A stretch of DNA of 64,000 nt from an uncultured Solirubrobacteraceae bacterium (GTDB taxonomy: Bacteria; Actinomycetota; Thermoleophilia; Solirubrobacterales; Solirubrobacteraceae). The stretch is taken from assembly GCA_963781935.1 (NCBI GenBank), contig CAWAHX010000006.1, forward strand, positions 4,481 through 68,480, written 5' to 3'. Every line of letters begins with the position of its first letter. The stretch's first letter is position 1. The notes under the pieces are model-generated. The model did not search any database. It was not told the DNA's origin and saw only the letters and a list, made by a program, of their open reading frames with translations. The position numbers and the translations under genes are program-made. Below are positions 19,192 to 28,991 of the stretch, piece after piece.

Positions 19192-20123
19192 CCGGTCGAC
19201 GTGCCGCTGAGACTGAGCGCGCTCGCGACCCTCGCGGCCAACCGCCCGGGGCTGAGGCCGAAACGGTCCTCGAGAAACGCCTGCGAGCCCGCCTGGGCGA
19301 CCGGCATGGCGTCGACGGCGGCCCGGTGCAGTCGCGCCCGCAGTCCGCGCTCCGCGATCAGCTCGGCGACCGCGGATCCGAGCCCTCCGTTACGGTAGTG
19401 CGACTCCACGGTCAGGGCCACCGGGATGTCGGCGAGCAAATCGGCGAGGTCGTCGGCGGGCTCCGGGTTCAGCGAGGACACGACGGCGACGGTCGTGGCT
19501 ATCCCCTGCTCGGTCAGCAGCTCGCGGGCAGCGACAGCCGCGTGCCCGATCGACCCGATCGCGATGATCGCCGCATCCTTGCCGTCGCCGATGAGCTCGG
19601 CTCGCCCGTGCCGGAACCGCTCGCCGAGCCCCGGCAACGGCGCCCCCACCTTGCTGATGCGGAAGTAGAGCGGGCCGGCGTGGTCGGCGGTCGCGTCGAT
19701 CGCCGCTCGCGCCTGGGGGCCGTCGGCCGGCGCGATGACGCCGATCCCGGGCTGCGTCCGCATCACGGCGTAGTCCTCGAGCGCAAAGTGCGTGATCCCG
19801 TTGTGGCCATAGTCGAATCCGCCCCCGACGCCCACGATCCGCACCGGCAGGCGGTGGAGCGCCGCACCATTGCGGATGAACTCGTATGGCCGCAGGCTTG
19901 CGAAGGTGGCGATTGAATATGTGAAAGGGACCATCCCCGCCTCCGCCAGCCCCGTGGCGACCCCGGTCATGTTCTGTTCTGCGACGCCGCAATTGACGAA
20001 CCTGTCGGGAAAGCGCTCGGCGAACGGCTCGAGGACCGAGAACCCGAGATCGCCGGTGAGGAGCATGACGCGCTCATCGCGGGCGGCGAGCGCCACGAGC
20101 GCGTCCAGGAACGCCCCTCTCAC
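19188..20123 (-). CDS. Transketolase C-terminal (pyrimidine-binding) subunit
   Basis: FLDALVALAARDERVMLLTGDLG...FVNCGVAEQNMTGVATGLA...ATFASLRPYEFIR...GITHFALEDYAVMR. GTG 20123 overlaps the upstream stop (GTGA). Confidence 0.8.
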   Translation of the reverse strand: MRGAFLDALVALAARDERVMLLTGDLGFSVLEPFAERFPDRFVNCGVAEQNMTGVATGLAEAGMVPFTYSIATFASLRPYEFIRNGAALHRLPVRIVGVGGGFDYGHNGITHFALEDYAVMRTQPGIGVIAPADGPQARAAIDATADHAGPLYFRISKVGAPLPGLGERFRHGRAELIGDGKDAAIIAIGSIGHAAVAARELLTEQGIATTVAVVSSLNPEPADDLADLLADIPVALTVESHYRNGGLGSAVAELIAERGLRARLHRAAVDAMPVAQAGSQAFLEDRFGLSPGRLAARVASALSLSGTSTG

Positions 20124-20980
20124 GCCACCGTCTCGGCTGTCGCGGTGGCGAGCTCCGAGAGCGCCTGACGATATTGGTCCTGGTCGAGCGGGAGATAGTG
20201 CCACTCGATTCGCGACTCCATGAATGACACCCCCTTCCCGAATGTGGTCTGGGCCATGATCGCGTGGGGCTTGCCGTCGCGAGCCGATGCCCTCTTCAGC
20301 GCCTCGGCGAGCAACTCGTGATCGTGACCGTCGACGACCTGGACGTCCCATCCGAAGACAGAGAAGCAGTCCTCTGCGGCTCCGAGATCGATCACGTCCT
20401 TCGTGTATCCGAGCGCCTGCTGCCCGTTGATGTCGAAGATCGCGACGAGGCTGTCGAGGTGATGGTGGGCGGCGAACATCGCGGCCTCCCAGACCGATCC
20501 CTCGTTGAGCTCGCCATCGCTCGCCAGCACGTAGGTGCGCCGCTCGGACCGCTGCACGCGGGCGGCGAGCGCCGCGCCGGCGCCGATCGACAGACCGTGG
20601 CCGAGTGAACCGGTGCAGAAGTCGACACCCTCGAGCTCGCTCTCCGGGTGGACGCCCAGGAGGGTGCCGTCGGCGCAGAACTCGTCTAGGTCAGCCTCCG
20701 GGATGCGGCCGGTGCCGGCGAGCGCGGCGTACAGCGCCAGAGCGGCATGTCCCTTGGAGAGCACGAAGCGATCGCGGTCCGGGCCGTCGGCCAGCAACGG
20801 ACCCGCGTAGAGCGCGCCGATCAGATCCGCCACTGAAAGTGCTGAGCCGATGTGGCCGACGTTCGCCCGGCGTGACTGCTCGATCACCGCACGCCTGATG
20901 TAGTCGGAGAGACCAGCGGGGTCGGGGTTGTGCACTGCGATGGCAGGATACAGTCTCAGGACCGCGTCGAGGACGCCCAC
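20120..20980 (-). CDS. Transketolase N-terminal (ThDP-binding) subunit
   Basis: GHIGSALSVADLIGALY...VLSKGHAALALYAAL...GSLGHGLSIGAG...LASDGELNEGSVWEA (ThDP motif GDG-like...NE). An alternative and probably better start is GTG 20935, which has TATCCT 9 nt upstream. Confidence 0.8.
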   Translation of the reverse strand: MGVLDAVLRLYPAIAVHNPDPAGLSDYIRRAVIEQSRRANVGHIGSALSVADLIGALYAGPLLADGPDRDRFVLSKGHAALALYAALAGTGRIPEADLDEFCADGTLLGVHPESELEGVDFCTGSLGHGLSIGAGAALAARVQRSERRTYVLASDGELNEGSVWEAAMFAAHHHLDSLVAIFDINGQQALGYTKDVIDLGAAEDCFSVFGWDVQVVDGHDHELLAEALKRASARDGKPHAIMAQTTFGKGVSFMESRIEWHYLPLDQDQYRQALSELATATAETVA

Positions 20981-21222
20981 CGGTAGAAACCCGCAGACTG
21001 CTACGACACCGATGTGGTCGGGTCGGAAACCGGCGGTATAGAGGGCTATCGACGGCCCGACGCTCCTGCGATGGGACCGCCTTGATGTTCTTCCGGCGGC
21101 CAGCCGCGAGGAGAACCGCGCGCCTCATGGATGAAGGCGCGATCTCACCCCATACGGCAGTCCGGGCTTCCTCGTCGTGCCACGAAGGCGGAACCGGCAG
21201 AGGCGTGCGTCGTTCATGTTCC

Positions 21223-22069
21223 CTACGGTCCTCCCGCTTCGGGGGGACGGTCTGCGGGCGCGCTCTTCGGAGTGCCTGCCCGCCAGCCGCCGCGCTCGAC
21301 GTCAGCACGCCGGTAGTCACCGCGGCTCATGTGGTGTTCCATCCAGACCATCAGCACGATGTACAGGTAGCGGCTACCCATCTCCTGCAAATGAAGCTTG
21401 CTCTCGCCGCTGGTCCTGTTCGTCCAGGAGATGGGGACCACCGCGTACGAGTTACCTCGCACGACGGCCTTCAGCGGCAGTTCCACGGTCAAATTGAAGT
21501 GGTTGGAGACCAGCGGCTGTACGGAGTCGATGACCTCGCGCCGGTAGGCCTTGAAGGCGTTCGTCGTGTCGTTGTACCCGTGACCGAACAGCAGTCGGAT
21601 GAACACGTTCACTCCCCGGTTCATGAGCAGCTTGAACCGCGGGTAGTCGGTGACGCGTGAGCCGGTCATGAACCTCGATCCGAATGCGCAGTCATAGCCC
21701 TCCCGGAGCACGTTGTAATAGGCCACCAGGTCCTCCGGGGCATCGGAGAGGTCAGCCATCGACGATCGCCACGGCGTCGCCGGTGTAGGCCGCGAGTCCG
21801 GCGCGCACGGCAAAGCCAAAGCCGTTCGGCCCGTTGTTGCGTACGCAGCGAACCCCGGAGTCGGAGTCCGCGAGCCGCCCCACGATCGCACCGGTCGCAT
21901 CGGTCGATCCGTCATCGATGACGAGGATCTCGTAGTCGATCCGCTCCTGTGCAAGCCGCTCGGCGAACGCCGTCACGGTGGCCTCGATCGAGCCCTCCTC
22001 GTTGTGCGCAGGTATGACGACCGACAGGCGCAGCGACTCTCGCTGGGTCAGCGCGCCGTGGTCAGCCAC
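21223..22069 (-). CDS. Family-2 glycosyltransferase (DPM1-like); one frame break near 21760
   Basis: [20 protein letters not shown]...[18 protein letters not shown]...[10 protein letters not shown]...GDAVAIV is continued in another frame by [15 protein letters not shown]...[13 protein letters not shown]...[10 protein letters not shown]. Confidence 0.65.
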
Positions 22070-23121
22070 TGATCGACGTTGTGATCGTGGATCTGCTGCA
22101 GCACGTCCTCGATACCGAACGTAATGTCCCACCCCGGGTGATCGCGCTTGAACGCTGCGAGGTCGCTGATCCACCAGCGGTGATCGCCGACCCGCGCCTC
22201 TTCGGACAGCGTGTAGTCGAGCTCGCGACCGGCGATCCGCTGGCAGATCTCGATCGCCTCGAGCATCGACACGTTGCTCCGGCGCCCGCCTCCGAGGTTG
22301 TAGACCGCTGCGGGCTTGGGATTGGCATGGAACGCCTCGAAGGCGCGCACTACGTCGCCGGCGTGAATGTTGTCGCGAACCTGCTTGCCGCCGTAGCCGA
22401 AGATCGTGTAAGGGGCGCCGGTCACGGTGCAGCGCATCAGATACGCCAGGAAGCCGTGGAGCTCTGCACCGGCGTGCTGGGGACCGGTGAGGCAGCCGCC
22501 CCGGAAGCAGACGGTCGGCATGTCGAAATATCGGCCGTACTCCTGGACCAGCAGATCCGCGGCGACCTTGGAGACGCCGAACAGTGAATGCGTGCAGGTG
22601 TCGATCGACATCTCGAGGTCAACGCCGCCATACCAACGGTGGTCTTCGGGCAGCTCGAGCCGTGTCGCGTGGTCCTCGAGCGGCAGGAAGTTCGGGCGGT
22701 CGCCGTAGACCTTGTTCGTCGAGGTGAAGATGAACGTCGCGTCGGGGGTGTGCTCGCGCGCGGCCTGGAGCAGGTTCAGCGTCCCGTTCGCATTGACGGT
22801 GAAGTCCGTCTGCGGGTCGGACGCGGCCCAGTCGTGCGAGGGCTGCGCTGCGGTGTGGACGATCAGCTCGATGTCCTTGGCGTGCTCGGCGAAGATCGCC
22901 GCGACGGCATCGGTGTCGCGAATGTCGATGTCCGTGGCACGGAACGTCTCGAGGTCCGCCTGCAGCGCCGCCGTGACGTGCCGAGTGGACGCCTCCGGTC
23001 CGAAGAAGGCGGACCGCATGTCGTTGTCGATCCCGACGACGTCGAACCCCAGTTGGGTGAAATGCCGCACGGCCTCGGATCCGATCAGGCCACCGGATCC
23101 GGTGATGATGGCGATGGGCAT
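22048..23121 (-). CDS. NAD-dependent sugar epimerase (CDP-paratose-2-epimerase-like SDR)
   Basis: [38 protein letters not shown], and the long insertion [25 protein letters not shown]. The start is ATG 23121, and the upstream part of the track ORF is a shadow frame. TAACCT lies 10 nt upstream. Confidence 0.8.
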   Translation of the reverse strand: MPIAIITGSGGLIGSEAVRHFTQLGFDVVGIDNDMRSAFFGPEASTRHVTAALQADLETFRATDIDIRDTDAVAAIFAEHAKDIELIVHTAAQPSHDWAASDPQTDFTVNANGTLNLLQAAREHTPDATFIFTSTNKVYGDRPNFLPLEDHATRLELPEDHRWYGGVDLEMSIDTCTHSLFGVSKVAADLLVQEYGRYFDMPTVCFRGGCLTGPQHAGAELHGFLAYLMRCTVTGAPYTIFGYGGKQVRDNIHAGDVVRAFEAFHANPKPAAVYNLGGGRRSNVSMLEAIEICQRIAGRELDYTLSEEARVGDHRWWISDLAAFKRDHPGWDITFGIEDVLQQIHDHNVDQWLTTAR

Positions 23122-23131
23122 GACCACGATC

Positions 23132-23137
23132 AGGTTA
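23132..23137 (-). promoter_or_regulatory. Candidate -10 box TAACCT for the epimerase operon (10 nt before ATG 23121)
   Basis: TANNNT in the 56-bp divergent intergenic region, with no SD. Confidence 0.4.
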
Positions 23138-23162
23138 GAGACTCCCAGCCCTGCAGCGCTCC

Positions 23163-23168
23163 TAGACT
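23163..23168 (+). promoter_or_regulatory. Candidate -10 box TAGACT (9 nt before GTG 23178)
   Basis: TANNNT in the same 56-bp divergent region, with no SD. Confidence 0.4.
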
Positions 23169-23177
23169 GACGTCTCC

Positions 23178-24239
23178 GTGGCCCAGCACACCCAGGAGCG
23201 TCGACGGATCCGGCGATTGGCCGGGCTCGCGATCTCCCTCGTCTCGCTCGCCGGCGTCGTCTGGTGGGCTCTGCGGCAGCCGACGCCGAAGTTTCCGAGC
23301 GACGCCGGCGGCTGGGCGATCGTCGCCGCAGCCGTCGTCCTCTACGGCGTAGCGACGGTCGCACGCGGGTGGCGCTGGCATGTGATCCTGCGCCATGCCG
23401 GGATCGGGCACAAGACCGTCGACGCGATGGGGATCACCACAATCGGCTATATGGGGAACACCGTCCTCCCAGCTCGCGGCGGCGAGGTCCTGCGCATCAT
23501 CGTGATGGGCGAGCACTCCACCGGGCGGCGGCGGGAGGTCCTCGGCTCGATCGTTCCCGAGCGCATCCTCGATGCAGCGGCACTGGCGGTGCTGTTCGCG
23601 ATCCTGACCTTGATCGAAGCGGACAGGTCGCCGACAGGCCCGGCCACGGGCGTGATCGCGGCCGCGGCTACGGTGGCCGGAGCCGTCGCGCTCTTCGTCT
23701 ACCACCGCCTGCGTGTGGCCGGGCATTTCGAGCGGTTCGCCACCCGGGTCAGGCCCGTGGCCGGCGCCTCACGGCTGCTGATCACTCCTTGGGGCTTTGC
23801 GCTGTTCGTGCTCACGGCGGTCGTCTGGCTGCTGGAAGGCACCATCTTTGTGCTGTGCGCGCGCTCGTTGGACGTACACCTGAGCCTCATCGAGGGCTTT
23901 CTGTCGGTCGTGCTCGCGAGCTTCTTCTCTCTGATCCCGGCGGCGCCGGGCTACGTCGGCACCTACGACGCCGCAGTGCTCTTCGCGCTGAAGGCGGCCG
24001 GCGTGACCGGATCGGCCGCGCTCGGCGTGACACTGCTCTTCCGCTTCGTCATCTTCGTGCCGATCACCGCCGTCGGCTTGGTCCTGCTGCTCACCCGCTA
24101 CGGCGGCATCGCGATGCTGCGTTCAGCCGAGCGCGGAGAGAACGACGGCTTCGTTGTCCCGGATCCAACGGACGATGTCCTCGAGGATGACGCGGGGACT
24201 GCGGCGCGGGCGCCAAGCGGTGTGGGCGAACAGCGCTGA
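23178..24239 (+). CDS. Flippase-like membrane protein (lysylphosphatidylglycerol-synthase TM-region / UPF0104 family)
   Basis: Polytopic, with RGWRWHVIL...[19 protein letters not shown]...[16 protein letters not shown], typical of that family. The 3' end overlaps the convergent epimerase gene by 117 nt, so the last ~35 codons may not be genuine. Confidence 0.65.
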   Translation: MAQHTQERRRIRRLAGLAISLVSLAGVVWWALRQPTPKFPSDAGGWAIVAAAVVLYGVATVARGWRWHVILRHAGIGHKTVDAMGITTIGYMGNTVLPARGGEVLRIIVMGEHSTGRRREVLGSIVPERILDAAALAVLFAILTLIEADRSPTGPATGVIAAAATVAGAVALFVYHRLRVAGHFERFATRVRPVAGASRLLITPWGFALFVLTAVVWLLEGTIFVLCARSLDVHLSLIEGFLSVVLASFFSLIPAAPGYVGTYDAAVLFALKAAGVTGSAALGVTLLFRFVIFVPITAVGLVLLLTRYGGIAMLRSAERGENDGFVVPDPTDDVLEDDAGTAARAPSGVGEQR

Positions 24240-25184
24240 GCAGTCCGACAGGTACACAGGTACGTCGCCGGGACGGGTCTCGGCGACGCTGTCGATCTCC
24301 ATGTCGATGCCGGTCAGCTCGCGGCAGATCGCTGTCGTCTCCAGCAGCGAGAGGCTGCCTTCGCGTCCGCCGCCGACGTTGAACGTCGTCCCATCCCAGT
24401 GCTCGGCGCGCTGTACCTGGTCCTCGATCAGGTCGACCAGGTCGTCGACGTGGATCAGGTCGCGCACCTGCTTTCCGGTGCCGCCGTAGCCGATGTACGA
24501 GAGCGGCCGGCCGAGGACGAAGCTCAGCATCCAGTGTGTGAAGACACCCTGGTCCACCTTCCCCATCTGCCAGGGCCCGGCGACGACGCCGCAGCGATTC
24601 GTCACCGTCCGAATGCCGTGCGCGGCGGCGCACTCGGTCACGAGCAACTCGGCGGACAGCTTTGTCGCGCCGTAGAGCGTCCGCGCACCGGCAAGTGGGA
24701 AGTCCTCAGCGATGCCGCGCGACGACACGCCGGTGAACGGCTGTTCGTCGAGCAACTCGAAGCGGGTCTCCGCTTCCCGCAACGCCAGAGCCTCCTGCGC
24801 AGCGACGGGATACACCCGGCTCGTCGAGAGGAAGACCACCTGGGCGCCGTGGCGCGCAGCGAGCTCCAGGCAGTGATGTGCGCCGACGAGGTTCGTCTGG
24901 ACGAGGTAATCGCTGCCGCCGTCGACTGAGGCCATCACGGATGGCTCGGCGGAGCACTCGATCAACACGTCCATTGCGCCGATGGCGGCCAGCTCCCCTG
25001 GATGTCGCACATCGGCGTGAACGAAGGAGACACCAGCCGCCCGCAACCGCGGGAGGTTCAGCTCGGACCCGCGCCGGTAGAGGTTGTCGGCCGCGACGAT
25101 GTCCCACTCGGGATGACGCGCGGCGAACGCCAGCGCGATCGATGAGCCGATGAAGCCGGCTCCCCCGGTGATGAGAATCCGCAC
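24123..25184 (-). CDS. NAD-dependent sugar epimerase (second CDP-paratose-2-epimerase-like SDR)
   Basis: MRILITGGAGFIGSSIA, LSTSRVYP, YGATKLSAELL, CGVVAGPWQMGKVDQGVFTHWM. Intact 353-aa ORF. Confidence 0.8.
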   Translation of the reverse strand: MRILITGGAGFIGSSIALAFAARHPEWDIVAADNLYRRGSELNLPRLRAAGVSFVHADVRHPGELAAIGAMDVLIECSAEPSVMASVDGGSDYLVQTNLVGAHHCLELAARHGAQVVFLSTSRVYPVAAQEALALREAETRFELLDEQPFTGVSSRGIAEDFPLAGARTLYGATKLSAELLVTECAAAHGIRTVTNRCGVVAGPWQMGKVDQGVFTHWMLSFVLGRPLSYIGYGGTGKQVRDLIHVDDLVDLIEDQVQRAEHWDGTTFNVGGGREGSLSLLETTAICRELTGIDMEIDSVAETRPGDVPVYLSDCSALFAHTAWRPRRSPRVILEDIVRWIRDNEAVVLSALG

Positions 25185-25206
25185 GTGCGGGAGCCTAGCC
25201 CGCGAG

Positions 25207-25765
25207 CTAGAACGGAAGCTGAGGCGCGAACTCCGCCAGGGTCGGAGCGTCGGCGTCGCGCTCGGAGAAGATCAGCTCGGCATCCGGAAGTGGCCACTGC
25301 ACGCCAATGCCGGGGTCGCGGAAGGAGATCCCGCGCTCGACGTCGGGGCTGTAGTACGGCGCTCTGCTTGTAGAGCACGTCGGCGACCTCGCTCGTCACG
25401 CAGAAGCCGTGCGCGAAGCCGATCGGCGCGTACAGCACGCGCATGCTGTCGTCGCTCAGCTCGAACGCCTCCCACTCGCCGTAGGTCGGCGAGGCGCGCC
25501 GCAGGTCGACGAGGACGTCGATGATCGTGCCGCGCCCGCAGCGCACGAGCTTCGCCGCGCCCGCGCCGATCTGGAAGTGCAGTCCGCGGACCGTGCCGTA
25601 GCGCGAGCGGGAATGGTTGTCCTGGATGAACTCGTCGGCGATTCCCAGTTCGGCCAGCGCATCCTGGCGGTAGGTCTCGGCGAAGAAGCCGCGATCGTCC
25701 CCGAACACGGCGGGGACCAGCAGCAGCGGGCCCTGGAGCCGCGTCGGAACGATCTCGAAGCCCAT
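25207..25765 (-). CDS. rmlC: dTDP-4-dehydrorhamnose 3,5-epimerase family cupin; one frame break near 25372
   Basis: LLLVPAVFGDDRGFFAETY...QDNHSRSRYGTVRGLHFQ...AKLVRCGRGTIIDVLVDLR...APIGFAHGF...DVLYKQS is continued in another frame by APYYSPDVERGISFRDPGIGVQWPL, ending at TAG 25207. GGGAGG lies 8 nt before ATG 25765. Confidence 0.7.
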
Positions 25766-25833
25766 CGGGCAATCCTCCCAGATGACACCGCAGCCCGACG
25801 TGCACCTCACCTGAATCGCTACGCTTGACCGAC

Positions 25834-26097
25834 ATGACGGACGACCCGCGCGACGCCGAGATCGCCCGCCTGAACGCCCGTGTCGAGCAGCTTCACGGAG
25901 AGCTGCTCGAACAGCAGCGCCGGACGAACGCCGTCGTGGCCGACGCCCAGGAGCAGCTCTACTGGCTCGAGCGCTGGCACATCGACCTGAACGACCTGAT
26001 GGCCCGGCGCGGAGCGAACACGTTCCGCGAGATCGTCAGGTTGGCCCGCGGCGTGTTTCGCCGGATTCGCAGCTGGAAGCGACGGCTGACCGGCTGA
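25834..26097 (+). CDS. Small (87 aa) coiled-coil protein, translationally coupled to the following glycosyltransferase
   Basis: MTDDPRDAEIARLNARVEQLHGELLEQQRRTNAVVADAQEQLYWLERWHIDLNDLM. TACGCT lies 8 nt before ATG 25834. The stop overlaps the next ATG (ATGA-type junction at 26095-26099). Confidence 0.5.
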   Translation: MTDDPRDAEIARLNARVEQLHGELLEQQRRTNAVVADAQEQLYWLERWHIDLNDLMARRGANTFREIVRLARGVFRRIRSWKRRLTG

Positions 26098-28226
26098 TGA
26101 CTCGCAGCGTCTCCGTCGTCGTCCCGGTCAAGAACGGCGAGCGCTACCTGCAGGAGCTCCTCACGGCGGTCAGCGGCCAGGCCGCCGACGCCGAGAGCCT
26201 CCAGATCCTCGTCATCGACTCCGGGTCGACCGACTCCAGCGTGACGATCGCACGCGCCGCCGGCGCCGACGTCGTGGAGATCGACGCGGAGACGTTCTCG
26301 CACGGCAGCACGCGCAACCTGGGGGCCGAGCAGACCACCGGGGAGATCATCTGCTTTCTGACGCAGGACGCGACGCCCGTTCCGGGGTGGCTGCAAGCCG
26401 TGCAGGACAGCTTCGATCTCGATGATCGCGTCGGCGCGGTCTACGGCCCGCATCTCGTGCGCCCCGACACGTCGCCGATGATCGCGCGCGAGCTCACGGA
26501 GTTCTTCGCCGGCCACGCGCGCAACGGTGGCGCGACCGTGCAGCGCGCCGGCGACGAGCCGTTCCTGTCCAATGTCAACGCGGCGTACCTGCGCAGGTGC
26601 TGGGAGGAGATCCGCTTCGACGACGTCCCGTACGCGGAGGATCAGGCCTTCGGCAGGGCGATGCTCGCGCGCGGATGGGCGAAGGTCTTCAACCCTCAGG
26701 CGGCGGTCCTGCACGCGCACGACTATCCACCACTGGAGTTCATGCGGCGCTACTTCGACGAGTACCGCGGGCTGCGCGAGACGACCGGGCACGTCGAGGC
26801 GTTCGGCCTGCGGTCCGGCGCCGGGCACGTTCGCTCCCTCGTCGCCCAGGACCGCCAGTGGATGCGTGCTCAGGGGTTCGGCGATCGCGAGGTCGCCCGG
26901 TGGACGGCCCGGTCGGCGATCCACCACGCCGGACGGCGCGTGTTCTCGGCCGCGGGCTCGCGTGCGGAGCGCCTGCCCTCGCCGGTTCAGCGCCGGCTCT
27001 CGCTCGAGGGCCGCGGAGCCGCCACCGGAGCCACCACGACCGCGGCAGGCGGCCCGCCGACCACCGAGCAGCGCCCGGCGATGATCGACCGCCCGGTCTA
27101 CGCCGACATCGTCGACTACCTGCGCAACGGGTCCGCACCGCTGCTCGATCCCGTGCCGGGGATGGCGGAGAGCGAGGCCCTCCATCTCGCCTTCGTGATT
27201 CCGGAGTTCCGTCGCGGGAGCGGCGGGCACAACTCGATCTTCCAGCAGATCCTCGAGCTCGAGCGGATGGGCCACACGTGCTCGATCTGGGTGCACGACT
27301 CCGTCGGCCTGCACAAGCACGAATGGGACGCCGTCCTGCGCCACGACATCCGTGAATGGTTCGCGCCCGTTCAGGCCCCGGTGCGCAAGGGCTTCGAGCA
27401 CTGGATCGGCGCGGACGTCGTACTCGCGACCGGCTGGCAGACCGTGTACCCGATGCTCCAGCTGCCCGGGTGCCGTGCGCGTGCGTACCTCGTCCACGAT
27501 CACGAGAACGAGTTCTACGCGACGTCGGTCGAATCGCGATGGGCGCAGGACACCTACCGGTTCGGTCTCTACTGCATCGCCGGGAGCCCGTGGCTGAGCG
27601 ACCTGATGACCGGCCTCTACGGCGCACAGGCCAACGTGTTCCCATTCGGGGTCGATCACGAGGTGTACTTCCCACGCCCGATCGAGCGTGAACCGGAGAC
27701 GGTCGTGTTCTACGGCCGCGGCGTCACCCAGCGCCGGGCGGTCGCGCTGGGGATGCTGGCGCTGGACGAGCTGAAGCGCCGGCGCCCTGGCCTGCGCGTC
27801 GTGATCTTCGGCGACCCCGACCCGCCGCACACGAGCTTCCCTTACGAGCACGCGGGTGTGGCGACCCCCGAGGAGCTGGCGTTCCTGTACTCGCAGGGCA
27901 CCGTCGGGCTCGTTCTGTCGCTGACGAACTACTCGCTGATCCCGCAGGAGATGCTCGCCTGCGGAATGCCCTGCGTCGACCTCGCCGGCTACAGCAGCGA
28001 ATCCGTCTTCGGATCCGATGGCCCGGTCGAGCTTGCGGAGTTCGATCCTGGTGACCTCGCCGCGGCAATCGAGCGGCTGCTCGACGATCCTGAGCGCTGG
28101 GAGCGGGACTCGGCGCGCGGCATCGAGTTCGTCCGTGACCGGACGTGGAGAGCCGCGGCGGAGGCGGTCGACGCCGGCGTGCGCAAGGCGCTCTCGCTGC
28201 GCGAGCAGGATCCGGCCGCGTCGTGA
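26097..28226 (+). CDS. Bifunctional glycosyltransferase (N-terminal GT2, C-terminal GT4/WsaF-like)
   Basis: Intact 709-aa ORF: SVSVVVPVKNGERYLQELL...LVIDSGSTDSS...CFLTQDATP (GT2), then LHLAFVIPEFRRGSGGHNSIFQQILELERMGH...VFYGRGVTQRRAV...LIPQEMLACGMPCVDL (GT-B). Confidence 0.8.
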   Translation: MTRSVSVVVPVKNGERYLQELLTAVSGQAADAESLQILVIDSGSTDSSVTIARAAGADVVEIDAETFSHGSTRNLGAEQTTGEIICFLTQDATPVPGWLQAVQDSFDLDDRVGAVYGPHLVRPDTSPMIARELTEFFAGHARNGGATVQRAGDEPFLSNVNAAYLRRCWEEIRFDDVPYAEDQAFGRAMLARGWAKVFNPQAAVLHAHDYPPLEFMRRYFDEYRGLRETTGHVEAFGLRSGAGHVRSLVAQDRQWMRAQGFGDREVARWTARSAIHHAGRRVFSAAGSRAERLPSPVQRRLSLEGRGAATGATTTAAGGPPTTEQRPAMIDRPVYADIVDYLRNGSAPLLDPVPGMAESEALHLAFVIPEFRRGSGGHNSIFQQILELERMGHTCSIWVHDSVGLHKHEWDAVLRHDIREWFAPVQAPVRKGFEHWIGADVVLATGWQTVYPMLQLPGCRARAYLVHDHENEFYATSVESRWAQDTYRFGLYCIAGSPWLSDLMTGLYGAQANVFPFGVDHEVYFPRPIEREPETVVFYGRGVTQRRAVALGMLALDELKRRRPGLRVVIFGDPDPPHTSFPYEHAGVATPEELAFLYSQGTVGLVLSLTNYSLIPQEMLACGMPCVDLAGYSSESVFGSDGPVELAEFDPGDLAAAIERLLDDPERWERDSARGIEFVRDRTWRAAAEAVDAGVRKALSLREQDPAAS

Positions 28227-28987
28227 GGCCTCGTCTGGGCCTGGGGCTCGGCCGGCCGGTGATCAGGCTCCGTCAGGCATTTCGCGCCCGCATCGTCGGC
28301 TCGTCGCCGATCCCGGACACGGTTCGGCGCGACGTGGCGCTGCGCTATCTGCGCGGCTCGGGAATCGAGATCGGGGCGCTGAACCGCCCGATGCGCGTCC
28401 CCTCCTCGGTCGGCGTCCGCTACGTCGACCACGAGCGGCGCGACAGCCTGATAGCGCGCTATCCGGAGTTCGCGGGCCAGCCGATCGTGGAGCCCGACAT
28501 CCTCGACGACGGCGCCACCCTTGTGACCCTGCCGGACGGCTCCGAGGACTTCGTGATCGCGAACCACGTCATCGAGCACCTCGAGAACCCTGTCGGCGCG
28601 TTGCGCGCATGGCTGCGCGTCCTGCGACCCGGTGGCGTGATCTTCATGTGCGTCCCCGAGAAGCGCCGGACGTTCGACGCGGAGCGCCCCTCGACGCAGG
28701 TCGAGCACCTCCTGCGCGACGACGCTGACGGCCCGCAGTGGTCGCGCCGCAGCCACTACGAGGAGTGGGCGCGACTTGCCGAGCATGTCCCTGAGGCGGA
28801 CGTGCCCGAGCGCGTCGCGCAGCTCGAGGGCCAGAGCCGTGACGTGCACTTCCACGTATGGGCGTTCGAGGACATCGCCGCCACTCTGGTGGCGCTCCGG
28901 GACGGCCCGAACGGGTTGCCGTTCGACATCGAGCTGCTGCAGGCCAACTGGAACGAGACGATCTGCGTGCTGCGCCGCGTGGCCTGA
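28223..28987 (+). CDS. Class I SAM-dependent methyltransferase
   Basis: IEIGALNRPM...DFVIANHVIEHLENPVGALRAWLRVLRPGGVIFMCVP. GTG 28223 overlaps the upstream stop (GTGA). Confidence 0.7.
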   Translation: MRPRLGLGLGRPVIRLRQAFRARIVGSSPIPDTVRRDVALRYLRGSGIEIGALNRPMRVPSSVGVRYVDHERRDSLIARYPEFAGQPIVEPDILDDGATLVTLPDGSEDFVIANHVIEHLENPVGALRAWLRVLRPGGVIFMCVPEKRRTFDAERPSTQVEHLLRDDADGPQWSRRSHYEEWARLAEHVPEADVPERVAQLEGQSRDVHFHVWAFEDIAATLVALRDGPNGLPFDIELLQANWNETICVLRRVA

Positions 28988-28991
28988 GCGG

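Noticed and set aside
20981-21222. A TPP riboswitch upstream of the ThDP-dependent transketolase genes.
   Set aside because: I could not find the conserved CUGAGA and ACCUGAUCUGGAUAAUGCCAGCG-like cores on either strand. An Infernal search would be needed for certainty.
24123-24239. The 117-nt convergent overlap between the flippase-like gene and the epimerase gene as a functional antisense arrangement.
   Set aside because: It is more simply explained by the absence of an earlier stop codon in the G+C-rich tail of 23178..24239. The epimerase C-terminus ([13 protein letters not shown]) is the conserved one.
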